The notes below the pieces were generated by a model that did no database searches, was not told where the DNA came from, and saw nothing but the letters and a program-made list of their open reading frames with translations. Shown here piece by piece: positions 1 through 9,214 of a stretch of 64,000 nt of DNA (positions within the stretch are counted from its first letter, which is position 1; the number at the start of each line of letters is the position of its first letter). Made by a program: the position numbers and the translations under genes. The stretch is from Actinomycetota bacterium (GTDB lineage: Bacteria; Actinomycetota; Acidimicrobiia; Spongiisociales; UBA5794), in NCBI GenBank assembly GCA_030123765.1, contig JASJXX010000003.1, positions 10,795 to 74,794 on the forward strand, in the 5' to 3' direction.

Positions 1-360
1 AAGGCGCTCCCGTGCCTCTGCCCCAATCGCGGCGACCCCATCGGCCCCCGCCAAGCTGAGCATCACGTCTGGGTCCGCGACTCGAACCGCAACCGCGTCC
101 CCCTCCTCGCGCAAGACCACGTTGCACGGCAACAACGCACCGATCTCGTCATCAGCTGCGATGGCTCGATAGGCAAGATTCGGGTTGCAGGCACCAAGGA
201 TGACATAGCCATCTCTCTCTACGTCCAATTTCGCCTTGAACGTTGCCTGCACGTCGATGCGCGTGAGCACGCCGAAACCCTCCCCTGCTAACGCTGCAGT
301 GACCTTCTCTTCGACGGCTTCCATCGTGCCGACCACGACAGTTCCGAAAGTGTATTCCAT
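1..360 (-). CDS. DUF302 domain protein, partial (extends past the window start); not in the ORF track
   Basis: Own translation of the reverse complement from ATG at 358-360: MEYTFGTVVVGTMEAVEEKVTAALAGEGFGVLTRIDVQATFKAKLDVERDGYVILGACNPNLAYRAIAADDEIGALLPCNVVL..., with typical DUF302 motifs (GFGVLT.IDV, ILGACNP). No stop codon before position 1. Confidence 0.75.
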   Translation of the reverse strand, partial: MEYTFGTVVVGTMEAVEEKVTAALAGEGFGVLTRIDVQATFKAKLDVERDGYVILGACNPNLAYRAIAADDEIGALLPCNVVLREEGDAVAVRVADPDVMLSLAGADGVAAIGAEARERL

Positions 361-399
361 GCTGCTTCCTCACTCTTCGCTCACGTACCTCCCAGGGTA

Positions 400-756
400 T
401 CAGCCGAAGAAGCACGACACGCCCTTGATCGTGGCGAGCGTGCCTATGGCTGTGCCTTTGCCATCGCCGCCTCCTCCGTAGATGAGCACGAGCAAATGGT
501 CCCTTACGGTGGTGACGACCGCTTCCCCGACGAGGCGTTGGAAGTAGGAGCATACTTCTGGGTCTGGGAGCCATTCCGTGAGCGCCCTCTCCCATCGTGG
601 AGCGGCTGCGCCCGGTTCGTAGGTGACGGGGGCTTGCATCATCATGAGCTTCTTGGCATCAGGTTCGTGAAAGGTGCCTGATCGAAGGTCGATCCAGCCG
701 TTCTCCACGCCCAATGCCCAGGGGTCTGCGTCGAGAAGTTCGTGATCGAGCAGCAC
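400..756 (-). pseudogene. Phage/plasmid primase, P4-family C-terminal domain fragment; ends at a stop right after the Walker A motif
   Basis: 118 aa: ...IDLRSGTFHEPDAKKLMMMQAPVTYEPGAAAPRWERALTEWLPDPEVCSYFQRLVGEAVVTTVRDHLLVLIYGGGGDGKGT... The D5/P4-type P-loop is followed almost immediately by a stop. No integrase or downstream helicase portion is present. It lies next to the tRNA cluster. Confidence 0.6.
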
Positions 757-859
757 GGTCGCAAGAAGCGGCGTCTAGGCCATCGAAACAAAGCCCGATC
801 CTCGATGTCATGCGGACACCCCACCGACCACAGCGTCTCAGTGATCTTCCAGAAACGTC

Positions 860-886
860 GGAAACCCTTGCACTGCAGGGGTTTCC
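860..886 (-). terminator. Hairpin immediately 3' of the tRNA cluster (transcribed on the minus strand)
   Basis: ggaaaccc-ttgcactgcag-gggtttcc: 8-bp stem and 11-nt loop directly after the tRNA-Val 3' end, followed on the transcribed strand by a short, weak T-run (GACGTTTCT). Confidence 0.4.
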
Positions 887-891
887 TCTTG

Positions 892-963
892 TGGGCGCTA
901 CTGGATTTGAACCAGTGACCCCTGCCGTGTCGAGGCAGTGCTCTGCCGCTGAGCTAAGCGCCC
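892..963 (-). tRNA. tRNA-Val (anticodon GAC)
   Basis: Reverse complement GGGCGCTTAGCTCAGCGGCAGAGCACTGCCTCGACACGGCAGGGGTCACTGGTTCAAATCCAGTAGCGCCCA folds as a cloverleaf. The anticodon loop TCGACAC gives GAC. The T-arm is GGTTCAAATCC. Confidence 0.8.
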
Positions 964-985
964 GTATGGATACATGGTAATGCAG

Positions 986-1056
986 AGGCGACGCCGGGAA
1001 TCGAACCCGGGTTCAGGGTTTTGCAGACCCTTGCCTAGCCACTCGGCCACGTCGCC
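986..1056 (-). tRNA. tRNA-Cys (anticodon GCA)
   Basis: Reverse complement GGCGACGTGGCCGAGTGGCTAGGCAAGGGTCTGCAAAACCCTGAACCCGGGTTCGATTCCCGGCGTCGCCT. Anticodon stem AGGGT/ACCCT with loop CTGCAAA gives GCA. It has the 3-bp D-stem and U73 discriminator typical of tRNA-Cys. Confidence 0.8.
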
Positions 1057-1093
1057 GATACTGAAGGGCGGCCGAGTGACCGCCCTCGCTTCG

Positions 1094-1166
1094 AGCGGAC
1101 GACCGGGATCGAACCGGCGACCTCAACCTTGGCAAGGTTGCGCTCTACCAGCTGAGCTACGTCCGC
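1094..1166 (-). tRNA. tRNA-Gly (anticodon GCC)
   Basis: Reverse complement GCGGACGTAGCTCAGCTGGTAGAGCGCAACCTTGCCAAGGTTGAGGTCGCCGGTTCGATCCCGGTCGTCCGCT. Anticodon loop TTGCCAA gives GCC. Confidence 0.85.
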
Positions 1167-1197
1167 GACACGGCAAGGCTACCACGAGGCATTTCCT

Positions 1198-1635
1198 TCA
1201 ATCAGCCTTAACGCCAGTAGATCCGAAGCCTCCCGTGCCCCTCGAAGTCTCCTCGAGGCTCTCCGCTTGTACGTAGACGGGAGCTTCGACTGCCATCACA
1301 ACAAGCTGTGCGATACGGTCGCCGACCTCAATTACGAAGGGGTCCTCTCCGTGGTTGATGAGGGCGACCTTGACCTCACCGCGATATCCGGCGTCGATGA
1401 GGCCAGGAGCGTTGAGCACGGTCACACCCGTCCTGACCGCGAGGCCGCTTCTCGGCAGCACGAACCCGCCATATCCCTCCGGTATCGCGATCGCTACACC
1501 TGTGGCTATCAACGCACGTGCCCCTGGTGCAATCGTGACGGCTTCACACGATACAAGGTCTGCCCCGGCGTCGCCGGGTTGCGCGAATCTTGGGAGTCGA
1601 TGCGCTGGATTCGAGCGGAGGACAGGTATCTTCAC
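1198..1635 (-). CDS. dut: dUTP diphosphatase
   Basis: dUTPase motifs GDAGADL, LPRSGLA, GLIDAGYRGEV, GDRIAQLV and SRGTGGFGSTG. GTG start at 1635 with a GGAGAG RBS. The ORF-track N-terminal extension is rejected. Confidence 0.85.
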   Translation of the reverse strand: MKIPVLRSNPAHRLPRFAQPGDAGADLVSCEAVTIAPGARALIATGVAIAIPEGYGGFVLPRSGLAVRTGVTVLNAPGLIDAGYRGEVKVALINHGEDPFVIEVGDRIAQLVVMAVEAPVYVQAESLEETSRGTGGFGSTGVKAD

Positions 1636-1664
1636 GGAGTAGCTCTCCGGCGGAAGCGAAATCG

Positions 1665-2828
1665 ATGACCAAGCGCAAGCAACATAGGGACTCCGGAAAC
1701 GACGGTAGCTGGTTCCTCGAGATTGTAGGCGCCCTCCCACCGGCACCTACGCCAAGCGAGACGATCGCGGCACTCGAGACGGACAACACCCTCCCTGAGA
1801 TAGCCCCTACTCTCGCCCCCGGGACCGAGAACCCCCCGACGGTGACACTTACACCCTTTGACGGAAGCACGGGCACCTCGACATCCACCTATGAACCGGC
1901 ACTTCACGTTCACGTCGAAGCGCAGGACGACACCGGCGAGATGGAGATACCCGCGGTTCCATCTGTATTCGGACCGTTCGACGACACTCAGCTCTCCCCC
2001 GTCCTCGATATGACGCGAAGGTTCAGATGGTCAACCGTGGCGTTCGGAGTATTCGTGCTCGCGATGGTCGTGCTCGCCGTCGTCTGGGTCCCAACGACTC
2101 TGAACCGCGATGCTCTCGGAATCCGCCAAGCGTATGCCGAGACAGCACTGGCTCTCCGTCAGTATCTACCTACCTCCCAGTCGGCACTCGACGCGATCAC
2201 CACTCGTTCCAGCGTTCCCGACGAGCTCGCCGCCACGATACCGATGATCTCTCAACTCGATCGCCGCAGCAACGACCTCGAGCTCGCCGCGCTCACGGCT
2301 CTCCCGCGCCAACTTCGATTTCTGACCAACGACGCCGCCGACACCCTCGGGCCGCTTCAGGACACCGCCCGTATCATCGCGGCACAGGGGTCAGACGTAG
2401 CCCGCCAGCTCGCGAATGCCTACGCGTACCGCACCGCCGTCCCCGCGCTCCTCGCGTCTGAAGATCTCCCCACGGCCGCAGACGCCCAGACGATCAGTGC
2501 GTTAACCGTCCTCCTCGCCTCATCCCTCGTCGATGACTCAAGCGCACTCACCGATCTTCCCGATGTCGACGTGTTCGCCGTTCTCAACGAAGCGGTCCGC
2601 ACCGCCGTCGAGAGGTACGCGGTCTGGCAGGACGAGTATCTGACAGCCCTTTCACAAGAGGATGAGACGACAGCGACCGCGCTCCTCGCTGAGCGAGAAG
2701 ATATGCGCGCTGCACTCGGCAAGGCTCTCGACGCCTCTCTCAGCGCGCTTCGGATCGAACTCGATCAGCAGATTGTCGACCTTGCCTCAGATCTGGACGT
2801 GTTCCTCGCGGAGCTCACTCAGATCTAG
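1665..2828 (+). CDS. Hypothetical membrane protein (single TM, Ala/Leu-rich)
   Basis: ATG at 1665 (MTKRKQHRD...). TM segment WSTVAFGVFVLAMVVLAVVWV. No recognisable domain. Confidence 0.5.
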   Translation: MTKRKQHRDSGNDGSWFLEIVGALPPAPTPSETIAALETDNTLPEIAPTLAPGTENPPTVTLTPFDGSTGTSTSTYEPALHVHVEAQDDTGEMEIPAVPSVFGPFDDTQLSPVLDMTRRFRWSTVAFGVFVLAMVVLAVVWVPTTLNRDALGIRQAYAETALALRQYLPTSQSALDAITTRSSVPDELAATIPMISQLDRRSNDLELAALTALPRQLRFLTNDAADTLGPLQDTARIIAAQGSDVARQLANAYAYRTAVPALLASEDLPTAADAQTISALTVLLASSLVDDSSALTDLPDVDVFAVLNEAVRTAVERYAVWQDEYLTALSQEDETTATALLAEREDMRAALGKALDASLSALRIELDQQIVDLASDLDVFLAELTQI

Positions 2829-3273
2829 AGACATCGCCTTCGAGGGACGCGACTTCTCTCTCGAAGTCACTCGCTCTCTGAAACTCCTTGTACACCGATG
2901 CGAATCGGAGATAACCGACCTCATCGATATCCCTGAGGCCGTCAAGGACGATCCTGCCGATCTCCTCGGCGTGGATAGAGCCCTGGGATGTGTACGCAGC
3001 CCGCTCAACCGTGGCCACAAGATCGTCGATCGCGTCATGTGCCACGGGACGATCAGCCATCGTGATCTCTACTCCCCGCCGTACCTTGGATGCGTCGAAG
3101 GCCTGTCGGCGACCGTCACGCTTGATGACGACGACCGCTGCGGGCCTTTCGAATGTGGTGAATCGGTGCCCGCAAGGCAGACAAGACCGGCGACGGCGAA
3201 TCGTACGACCCTCATCAGCAGGTCGTGAATCGATGACCCGTGTGTCATCTGTGGTACAGAGCGGACAGCGCAT
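2815..3273 (-). CDS. nrdR: Transcriptional repressor NrdR
   Basis: MRCPLCTTDDTRVIDSRP...CLPCGHRFTTFE zinc ribbon plus ATP-cone. ATG at 3273. Confidence 0.9.
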   Translation of the reverse strand: MRCPLCTTDDTRVIDSRPADEGRTIRRRRSCLPCGHRFTTFERPAAVVVIKRDGRRQAFDASKVRRGVEITMADRPVAHDAIDDLVATVERAAYTSQGSIHAEEIGRIVLDGLRDIDEVGYLRFASVYKEFQRASDFEREVASLEGDVSRSE

Positions 3274-3327
3274 GGCAACATCGTAGACACGCGAGCGCAT
3301 TGAGAGGTAAGGACCGTTTCGCTGCGC

Positions 3328-3615
3328 TCAGGAAGAGAGCACCGGGATCTCGATGATCTGTCCCGCCTGAAGCTGACCGCCACGAATAGCGTTGAGTCGC
3401 TCAATGACGGTGACGGTCCGCCTGATGTCGCCATCCATCGGACCGTGCTCCCTCGCGATCTCCCACAGGGTATCGCCAGGCATGACGCGGTACTCCACCG
3501 TGTCAGGACTCTGGTCAGTCGCCTGGACGGCAGAGGAGAGGAAGAGCATCACCGCGACGACCATGACGGAGATGATGGAGAGCGCCCGAGATCGTGCGCT
3601 TGTGATCGGTGCCAT
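3328..3615 (-). CDS. Secreted LysM-domain protein (SOS-inducible Rv2719c-like; divergent from lexA)
   Basis: MAPITSARSRALSIISVMVVAVMLFLSSAVQA signal/TM region followed by LysM (YRVMPGDTLWEIAREHG...IEIP). GAGGGAG RBS. Sits in the conserved nrdR / LysM / lexA arrangement. Confidence 0.8.
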   Translation of the reverse strand: MAPITSARSRALSIISVMVVAVMLFLSSAVQATDQSPDTVEYRVMPGDTLWEIAREHGPMDGDIRRTVTVIERLNAIRGGQLQAGQIIEIPVLSS

Positions 3616-3687
3616 GTGTCTGTCTCCCTCTTTCTCTGCTACCCAGTTCGGGAACCTTCCGTCTCCGGCCGGCCCGTCTCGGATCCT

Positions 3688-3715
3688 GCTTCTTGCGGGC
3701 ATCCCCGCAAGAAGC
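3688..3715. promoter_or_regulatory. Perfect 12-bp stem-loop in the lexA / LysM intergenic region
   Basis: GCTTCTTGCGGG-catc-CCCGCAAGAAGC. No flanking U-run. About 70 nt upstream of the LysM start, on its mRNA side. Confidence 0.4.
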
Positions 3716-3821
3716 TGAGCTCCTGCGACCCACCGTATCGGCCAGGTGTGACACGTTCCGGTGCCTCTGGACACTGCACCGGTCGCTCGTGGGTCTCTTG
3801 GGGGATGACCCTCACACGTGA

Positions 3822-3837
3822 TCGAACGTCTGTTCGG
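3822..3837. promoter_or_regulatory. LexA (SOS/Cheo) box 1
   Basis: TCGAACgtctGTTCGG, matching the GAAC-N4-GTTC consensus. Confidence 0.85.
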
Positions 3838-3853
3838 TCGCTACATCAATCTA

Positions 3854-3869
3854 TCGAACATGTGTTCGC
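3854..3869. promoter_or_regulatory. LexA (SOS/Cheo) box 2
   Basis: TCGAACatgtGTTCGC. Confidence 0.85.
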
Positions 3870-3930
3870 TTGTCAAGCATGTATGCCTGAGGCACAAACC
3901 AACGGGGAGATGCGAGACGCGCGGCCTCCA

Positions 3931-3946
3931 TCGAACGTATGTTTGG
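3931..3946. promoter_or_regulatory. LexA box 3 (degenerate half-site)
   Basis: TCGAACgtatGTTTGG, 46 nt upstream of the lexA GTG. Confidence 0.6.
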
Positions 3947-3991
3947 TCTCGAGCGCGAAAGCCATTAGGCTCTGTGCAACGAGGAGGAATC

Positions 3992-4624
3992 GTGCCAGAC
4001 CGATCAGACCTTACCCATCGCCAACGCGAGATTCTCGAGCTCATCAGTTCCACGGTTGCCCAGCGTGGCTATCCACCATCGGTGCGCGAGATCGGTGAGG
4101 TCGTTGGACTCAGCTCTCCTTCGACCGTCCACTCGCACCTCTCGACGCTCGCCGCCGGGGGCTTCATCCGCAGGGACCCGTCAAAGCCGCGCGCGATCGA
4201 GGTCATCGCGGACGATGGTGCGACCCGGATCGACCGCGCCGCAGTGCGTGATGTCCCGCTCGTCGGGGCCGTCGCGGCGGGTTCGCCGATTCTTGCAGAG
4301 GAGGACATTGAGGAGGTCTACCCGCTCCCGATCGAGCTTGTTGGTCAGGAACCGGTCTTCATGTTGAAGATCCGCGGAGACTCGATGGTCAACGCCGGCA
4401 TCCTGGACCGGGACTACGTCGTCGTCCAGAGACAGCAGACAGCCCGTAACGGCCAGATCGTTGCTGCACTCCTCGACGGTGAAGAAGCCACCATCAAGAC
4501 CTTTCAGCGGACAGCGACCGGCGTCACCCTGCATCCAGCGAACGAGGAGTACGAGCCGATGGAGTTCACCGGGGGCCTTGAGATCCTCGGAATCGTCGTC
4601 GCGGTGCTCCGCCGTATCGACTGA
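3992..4624 (+). CDS. lexA: LexA repressor
   Basis: GTG at 3992 with a GAGGAGG RBS. LTHRQREILELI...RGYPPSVREIGE HTH, and the C-terminal S24 peptidase domain (GDSM..., AAG cleavage site). Confidence 0.9.
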   Translation: MPDRSDLTHRQREILELISSTVAQRGYPPSVREIGEVVGLSSPSTVHSHLSTLAAGGFIRRDPSKPRAIEVIADDGATRIDRAAVRDVPLVGAVAAGSPILAEEDIEEVYPLPIELVGQEPVFMLKIRGDSMVNAGILDRDYVVVQRQQTARNGQIVAALLDGEEATIKTFQRTATGVTLHPANEEYEPMEFTGGLEILGIVVAVLRRID

Positions 4625-5380
4625 TCAATCGACGTTCCCTGAGAACACATACTCGGCCGGGCCATCCATCCATGCGCCTTCGTCGTCGAACCACACGGTG
4701 AGAACGCCGCCGTGCAGATGCACTTCGACGGGGGACGAGACTCCGCGCTCAGTGTGAGCAATGTACGCCGCAGCGGTGGAGCCGGTGCCCGACGCCAGGG
4801 TCTCCCCCACTCCACGCTCCCAGACGCGGACACGAACTCCACCCTCCTCGAGTACTTCGACGAACTCAACATTCGTGCGGTTGGGGAAGAGCGGGTCGCT
4901 CTCGATCAACGGTCCGATTTCGCCGACGGGAACCGATTCGACGTCGTCAACGAACATGACCGCGTGCGGATTTCCGATTGCGAACGGATGCACCTCGTGT
5001 TTCCCGATGGTCAGCGTCCCCGTGCGGAAGGGCACGGGCTTCCCCACGAACGCGATCACTCCTTCGCTCTTGACCTTTACCGGATGTTTCCCCGCAGCGG
5101 TCTCGACCGTAAATTCCCTTGCATCGACCCAACCTCGGTCGAAAGCAAGACGCGCGACACAACGCAGACCGTTGCCGCACATCTCAGCCTCTCCCCCATC
5201 AGCATTCCAATATCGCATCGCTACACGTGATGGGGAGAGCGCGGTTACAACGAGAACACCGTCCGCACCGACGCCTCTACGACGCTCGCACCAACGCACC
5301 ACGTCGCCGCCCTCGGGCAGATAGGGTCCCGTGATGACGATGAAATCGTTCCCGAGGCCTTGCATCTTCACGAATTCCAT
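4625..5380 (-). CDS. dapF: Diaminopimelate epimerase
   Basis: MQGLGNDF and CGNGLRC motifs. Confidence 0.9.
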   Translation of the reverse strand: MEFVKMQGLGNDFIVITGPYLPEGGDVVRWCERRRGVGADGVLVVTALSPSRVAMRYWNADGGEAEMCGNGLRCVARLAFDRGWVDAREFTVETAAGKHPVKVKSEGVIAFVGKPVPFRTGTLTIGKHEVHPFAIGNPHAVMFVDDVESVPVGEIGPLIESDPLFPNRTNVEFVEVLEEGGVRVRVWERGVGETLASGTGSTAAAYIAHTERGVSSPVEVHLHGGVLTVWFDDEGAWMDGPAEYVFSGNVD

Positions 5381-6363
5381 CCTGCAACCTCCCCGACTCG
5401 ACTGACGGCCATCTCGATTCTCTGTACCTCATCATCCTGCCACGCTTGCCACTCGATGCGGGGATCCCGTCGAAAGAAAGTCCGCTGACGCTTCACGAGT
5501 GCGCGCGTGGCCCGGATGACCTCCTCTCGCGCCTCCTCCATAGTCACATCCCCCGATACCACGCCGAGGAGCTCCTTATAGCCGAGCGCCTGAGCTGCGG
5601 TTCTTCCGAGCAGTGGAGCGACTGTCGCTACCTCGTTGAGGAGTCCGGCATCGAGCATCCCCTGGAATCGGGAGGCAATCCGCTCTGCCATGAGGTCATG
5701 TGCGTCCCACCCCAACGAGACGTGCTTGATCAGGGGCTCATATCTGCGTACAGCATCTGACTCGCTGCTTCTCGCTCGCTCGCTCGGGGTCTTCTCTGTG
5801 ATCCGCCACACTTCGATCGCACGGATCACCCTGCGCCGATTGCACATGTCGAGTACGGACGGCGCCTGATCGTCTATCGAGAGGAGTTCTTGCTGCAGCT
5901 CGTCCAGCGGAGTCGACTCGAGCCCTTCTCGGATCTCCGCGTCAGTCGGAGCGAACGTCATCGGGTCAACGAGCGAACGGAAATGCAGTCCTGAGCCACC
6001 GACGATGATGATCCGTTCCCGCCCCTGCACTGCAGAGTCCATCGCCGCCCTCCCCTGACGCTGAAATTCGGCGACGCTGAATTCGCTCGCCGGCTCAGCT
6101 ACGTCAATCATGTGATGGGCGATGCGCTCCCTGACCGATTGCGGGGCTTTCGCTGTTCCAATGTCCATTCCGCGATATACCTGCATCGAATCAACCGACA
6201 GAATCGACGCGCCGAAGATCGCAGCTGCGACTTCGGCGAGAGCCGACTTGCCCGACGCCGTCGGGCCGAGGATCGCTACTACGTTCAGGAGACCGGAGTT
6301 CCTTCCAGGTAGTGCGGGGCGGCGCGGGTGATTGCCACCTCGAACGTCGCACCCGGCTGCCAC
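5368..6363 (-). CDS. miaA: tRNA dimethylallyltransferase (start uncertain; conserved domain begins near 6282, but there is no canonical start codon there)
   Basis: VVAILGPTASGKSALA P-loop followed by DSMQVYRGMDIGTAK. Confidence 0.85.
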   Translation of the reverse strand: MAAGCDVRGGNHPRRPALPGRNSGLLNVVAILGPTASGKSALAEVAAAIFGASILSVDSMQVYRGMDIGTAKAPQSVRERIAHHMIDVAEPASEFSVAEFQRQGRAAMDSAVQGRERIIIVGGSGLHFRSLVDPMTFAPTDAEIREGLESTPLDELQQELLSIDDQAPSVLDMCNRRRVIRAIEVWRITEKTPSERARSSESDAVRRYEPLIKHVSLGWDAHDLMAERIASRFQGMLDAGLLNEVATVAPLLGRTAAQALGYKELLGVVSGDVTMEEAREEVIRATRALVKRQRTFFRRDPRIEWQAWQDDEVQRIEMAVSRVGEVAGWNS

Positions 6364-7673
6364 ATCCCGGCTACATGCACGATTCGATTACTGCGAGTTC
6401 GCGTCGTTGCGAAATGCGGATCACGCTTCGACGGTCCCTCGGCCATGACCTCCGCGGTCCTTCCTACCTGTTGCTTGTTGCGCCGATATGTGATCGCGTT
6501 CTGGAGTTCGACCAGGCGGCCGAAGCGTTCCTTCATGACGTCGGGGCTGATTCGATCACCTAGCTCTGCCGCCGGGGTGCCCGGGCGCGGTGAGAACTGG
6601 AACATGAACGCGGTGTCGAACTGCGCCCGCTCGATCACGTCGAGCGTCTGGCGGAAGTCTGATTCGCTCTCCCCGGGGAATCCGACGATCACATCGGTTG
6701 AGGCGGCAAGGTCAGGCACGATCGATCGCATCATCTCCAGCTTTGCAAGGAACCGGTCCGCTGTGTAACCACGGTGCATCGCCGCAAGGATGCGGTCGGA
6801 ACCGGATTGGAGCGGGAAGTGGATCTGTTCGCAGACCGCTGCGGTCTCTGCCATTGCGTGAGCAACATCTTCCTTGAAGTCCTTCGGATGCGGACTGGTG
6901 TAACGAATTCGTTCGATGCCATCGATCTCGCCCGCTCTGCGGAGAAGGTCGGCGAAGAGCGGCTTGTGTCCGTTGAGATCGAGATCGCGTCCATATGAGT
7001 TCACGTTCTGGCCCAGGAGAGTGATCTCCTTGACACCCTGTGCCGAGAGGGATTCGATCTCGCGGATGATGTCGCCAGGTCTGCGTGAGATCTCGGGGCC
7101 ACGGACGATCGGGACGATGCAGAAAGTGCACGAGTTGTTGCACCCGACGGTGATCGTGACCCACGCGGAGTAGTCTGATTCGCGGTGTGCGGCGATTCCG
7201 CTCGGCAGATCGGAGTCGGACTTGGTCTCGTCCCAGATCTCGGTGATGGGCCCCCACTCCGCGGCATGGTCAAGAAGCTCAACCACTCGCTCCAGGTTGT
7301 GAGTTCCGAAGACAACGTCAACCCACCCGGCGCGCTCCTGGATCAGGTCTCGCTCCTTCTGTGCCGAGCAGCCCCCCACGGCGATCATCAGATCAGGGTT
7401 CTTCAGCTTCTCTCTCCTGAGGGAACCGAGATAGCCGTAGAGCTTGGCGTCGGCGTTCTCTCGGATCGTGCACGTGTTGAGAACGATCAGATCGGCATCA
7501 TCCGCGCTCTGCGTCGCGATCATCCCGTCGGCCTCGAGGAGGCCGGCAATTCGCTCTGAGTCGTGCACATTCATCTGGCACCCGAAGGTGCGAATAAAGT
7601 ACCTCTGCCCGACTCGCGTACGTGCCCGCACTTCCTTGATGCCCGGCATTCCAAGCTTCGTGGCCTGGGACAT
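6285..7673 (-). CDS. miaB: tRNA-2-methylthio-N6-dimethylallyladenosine synthase
   Basis: N-terminal MTTase fold (FGCQMN), radical-SAM CNNSCTFC, TRAM C-terminus. Confidence 0.9.
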   Translation of the reverse strand: MSQATKLGMPGIKEVRARTRVGQRYFIRTFGCQMNVHDSERIAGLLEADGMIATQSADDADLIVLNTCTIRENADAKLYGYLGSLRREKLKNPDLMIAVGGCSAQKERDLIQERAGWVDVVFGTHNLERVVELLDHAAEWGPITEIWDETKSDSDLPSGIAAHRESDYSAWVTITVGCNNSCTFCIVPIVRGPEISRRPGDIIREIESLSAQGVKEITLLGQNVNSYGRDLDLNGHKPLFADLLRRAGEIDGIERIRYTSPHPKDFKEDVAHAMAETAAVCEQIHFPLQSGSDRILAAMHRGYTADRFLAKLEMMRSIVPDLAASTDVIVGFPGESESDFRQTLDVIERAQFDTAFMFQFSPRPGTPAAELGDRISPDVMKERFGRLVELQNAITYRRNKQQVGRTAEVMAEGPSKRDPHFATTRTRSNRIVHVAGMWQPGATFEVAITRAAPHYLEGTPVS

Positions 7674-7687
7674 GGTTCTCCACCCGT

Positions 7688-9214
7688 CTAGCGGGCGTAG
7701 TCCTTCGCCCGGTACTCACGGATCACCGTGACCTCTATCTGACCGGGGTACTGTAAGTCATCCTCAAGCTTTTTCGCTATGGAGCGGGCAAGGGTTGTCG
7801 ACGCCATGTCATCAAGAGTCCCGGGGTCAACGATGACCCGTACTTCACGACCTGCCTGGATAGCGAACGCCGTGTCAACACCATCGAAACTCATCGCGAT
7901 GGTCTCGAGCCGCTCAAGCCTGCGAACGTAGGAGTCGAGTGCATCGCGCCTGGCCCCCGGTCGTGCTGCGGACACTGCGTCTGCAGCCTGTACGAGCACG
8001 GCTGTCAGAGTGCGCGGTTCCACTTCGTTGTGATGCGCCTCGATCGCGTGCACGACTCCAGCCTCTTCGCCGAATCGTCTTGCTATCTCGGCACCGATGA
8101 GGGCGTGGGAACCACCCACCTCGTGACTCACCGCCTTGCCAATGTCGTGGAGGAATGCCGCTCGCTTCGCTTCCTTCGCGTCGACCCCTAGCTCCGCGGC
8201 GAGCATGCCAGCGATGTGGGCCGACTCGACGAGATGGTTTAGTACGTTCTGCCCGTAACTCGTTCGGAATTTGAGACGTCCCAGCAACGTGACGAGCTCA
8301 GGATGAATCCGCGTGAGGCCGACGTCAAGCATCGCCCACTCGCCTGCGTCCCTGATGGACTGTTCCACCTCGTCGCGGGCTTTCTCGAACGCCTCCTCGA
8401 TAGAGCTTGGATGAATCCTTCCGTCCCCGACGAGGCTCTCGAGGGCGAGACGCGCCACCTCGCGGCGAACCGGGTCGAACGTCGAGATCGTGACCGACTC
8501 GGGGGTGTCGTCAACGATCAGGTCAACACCCCCGATCGCTTCGAACGTCCGAATGTTGCGACCATCTCTGCCGATGATCCGGCCTTTCATGTCGTCCGAG
8601 GGGAGGACGACCGTGGAAGTCGTCGTCTCGGCAACTACCTCTGAGGCGAGGCGTTGGATTACACCGGCGAGGATGCGACGTGCCCTGCGAGAGGCTTCCT
8701 CCCGGGCTCGCGTCTCAACGTCGCGTACGAGCACCATCGCGTCGCGTCTCACCTCGTCCTCGACCTTCTCGAGGAGTTCAGCCTTTGCCTCTCTCGAGTC
8801 GAACCCTGCGAGTGCCTCAAGCTCCAGCCGCACTTCTTCCTGGGCGTTCGCGGCTTCATCCGACACGACCTTGGCAACGCGTTCCTTCTCGATGAGAAGA
8901 TCCTCGCGCTGGGCAAGATTCGCGGCGCGCTGCTCGAGCGTCGCGGCGCGCTGCTCGAGCGTCGCGTCCCGTGAGTCGACTTCGAGCCGACGATGCTCAA
9001 GGGTCGCGTCTTCACGCTCGCGGTAGGTGTCGGCGCTGGACCTCGCGTCCTCTTCGGCCCGTACGAGAATTCGCTGCGCATCCATGCGCGCGTCCGCGAT
9101 GATCTCGGCAGGCGATGGAGGTATCTTGACGAACTTCCGCCCGATCAGCATGCCCCCTACAAAGATGCCTGCCACGACCAGCCCGGGGACTATCAGATTC
9201 AGCATCTGCTCCAT
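7688..9214 (-). CDS. rny: Ribonuclease Y
   Basis: N-terminal TM (LIVPGLVVAGIFVGG), a coiled coil, a KH domain (IIGRDGRNIRTFEAIGGVDL) and an HD domain (HDIGKA). ATG at 9214. Confidence 0.85.
   Translation of the reverse strand: MEQMLNLIVPGLVVAGIFVGGMLIGRKFVKIPPSPAEIIADARMDAQRILVRAEEDARSSADTYREREDATLEHRRLEVDSRDATLEQRAATLEQRAANLAQREDLLIEKERVAKVVSDEAANAQEEVRLELEALAGFDSREAKAELLEKVEDEVRRDAMVLVRDVETRAREEASRRARRILAGVIQRLASEVVAETTTSTVVLPSDDMKGRIIGRDGRNIRTFEAIGGVDLIVDDTPESVTISTFDPVRREVARLALESLVGDGRIHPSSIEEAFEKARDEVEQSIRDAGEWAMLDVGLTRIHPELVTLLGRLKFRTSYGQNVLNHLVESAHIAGMLAAELGVDAKEAKRAAFLHDIGKAVSHEVGGSHALIGAEIARRFGEEAGVVHAIEAHHNEVEPRTLTAVLVQAADAVSAARPGARRDALDSYVRRLERLETIAMSFDGVDTAFAIQAGREVRVIVDPGTLDDMASTTLARSIAKKLEDDLQYPGQIEVTVIREYRAKDYAR

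Noticed and set aside
1004-1015. GAACccggGTTC, which matches the LexA-box pattern
   Set aside because: It lies in the T-arm of tRNA-Cys and is a chance match to GAAC-N4-GTTC.
1590-2828. 412-aa ORF-track call starting at 1590
   Set aside because: The first 25 codons overlap dut on the other strand. A proper ATG at 1665 gives a sensible N-terminus.
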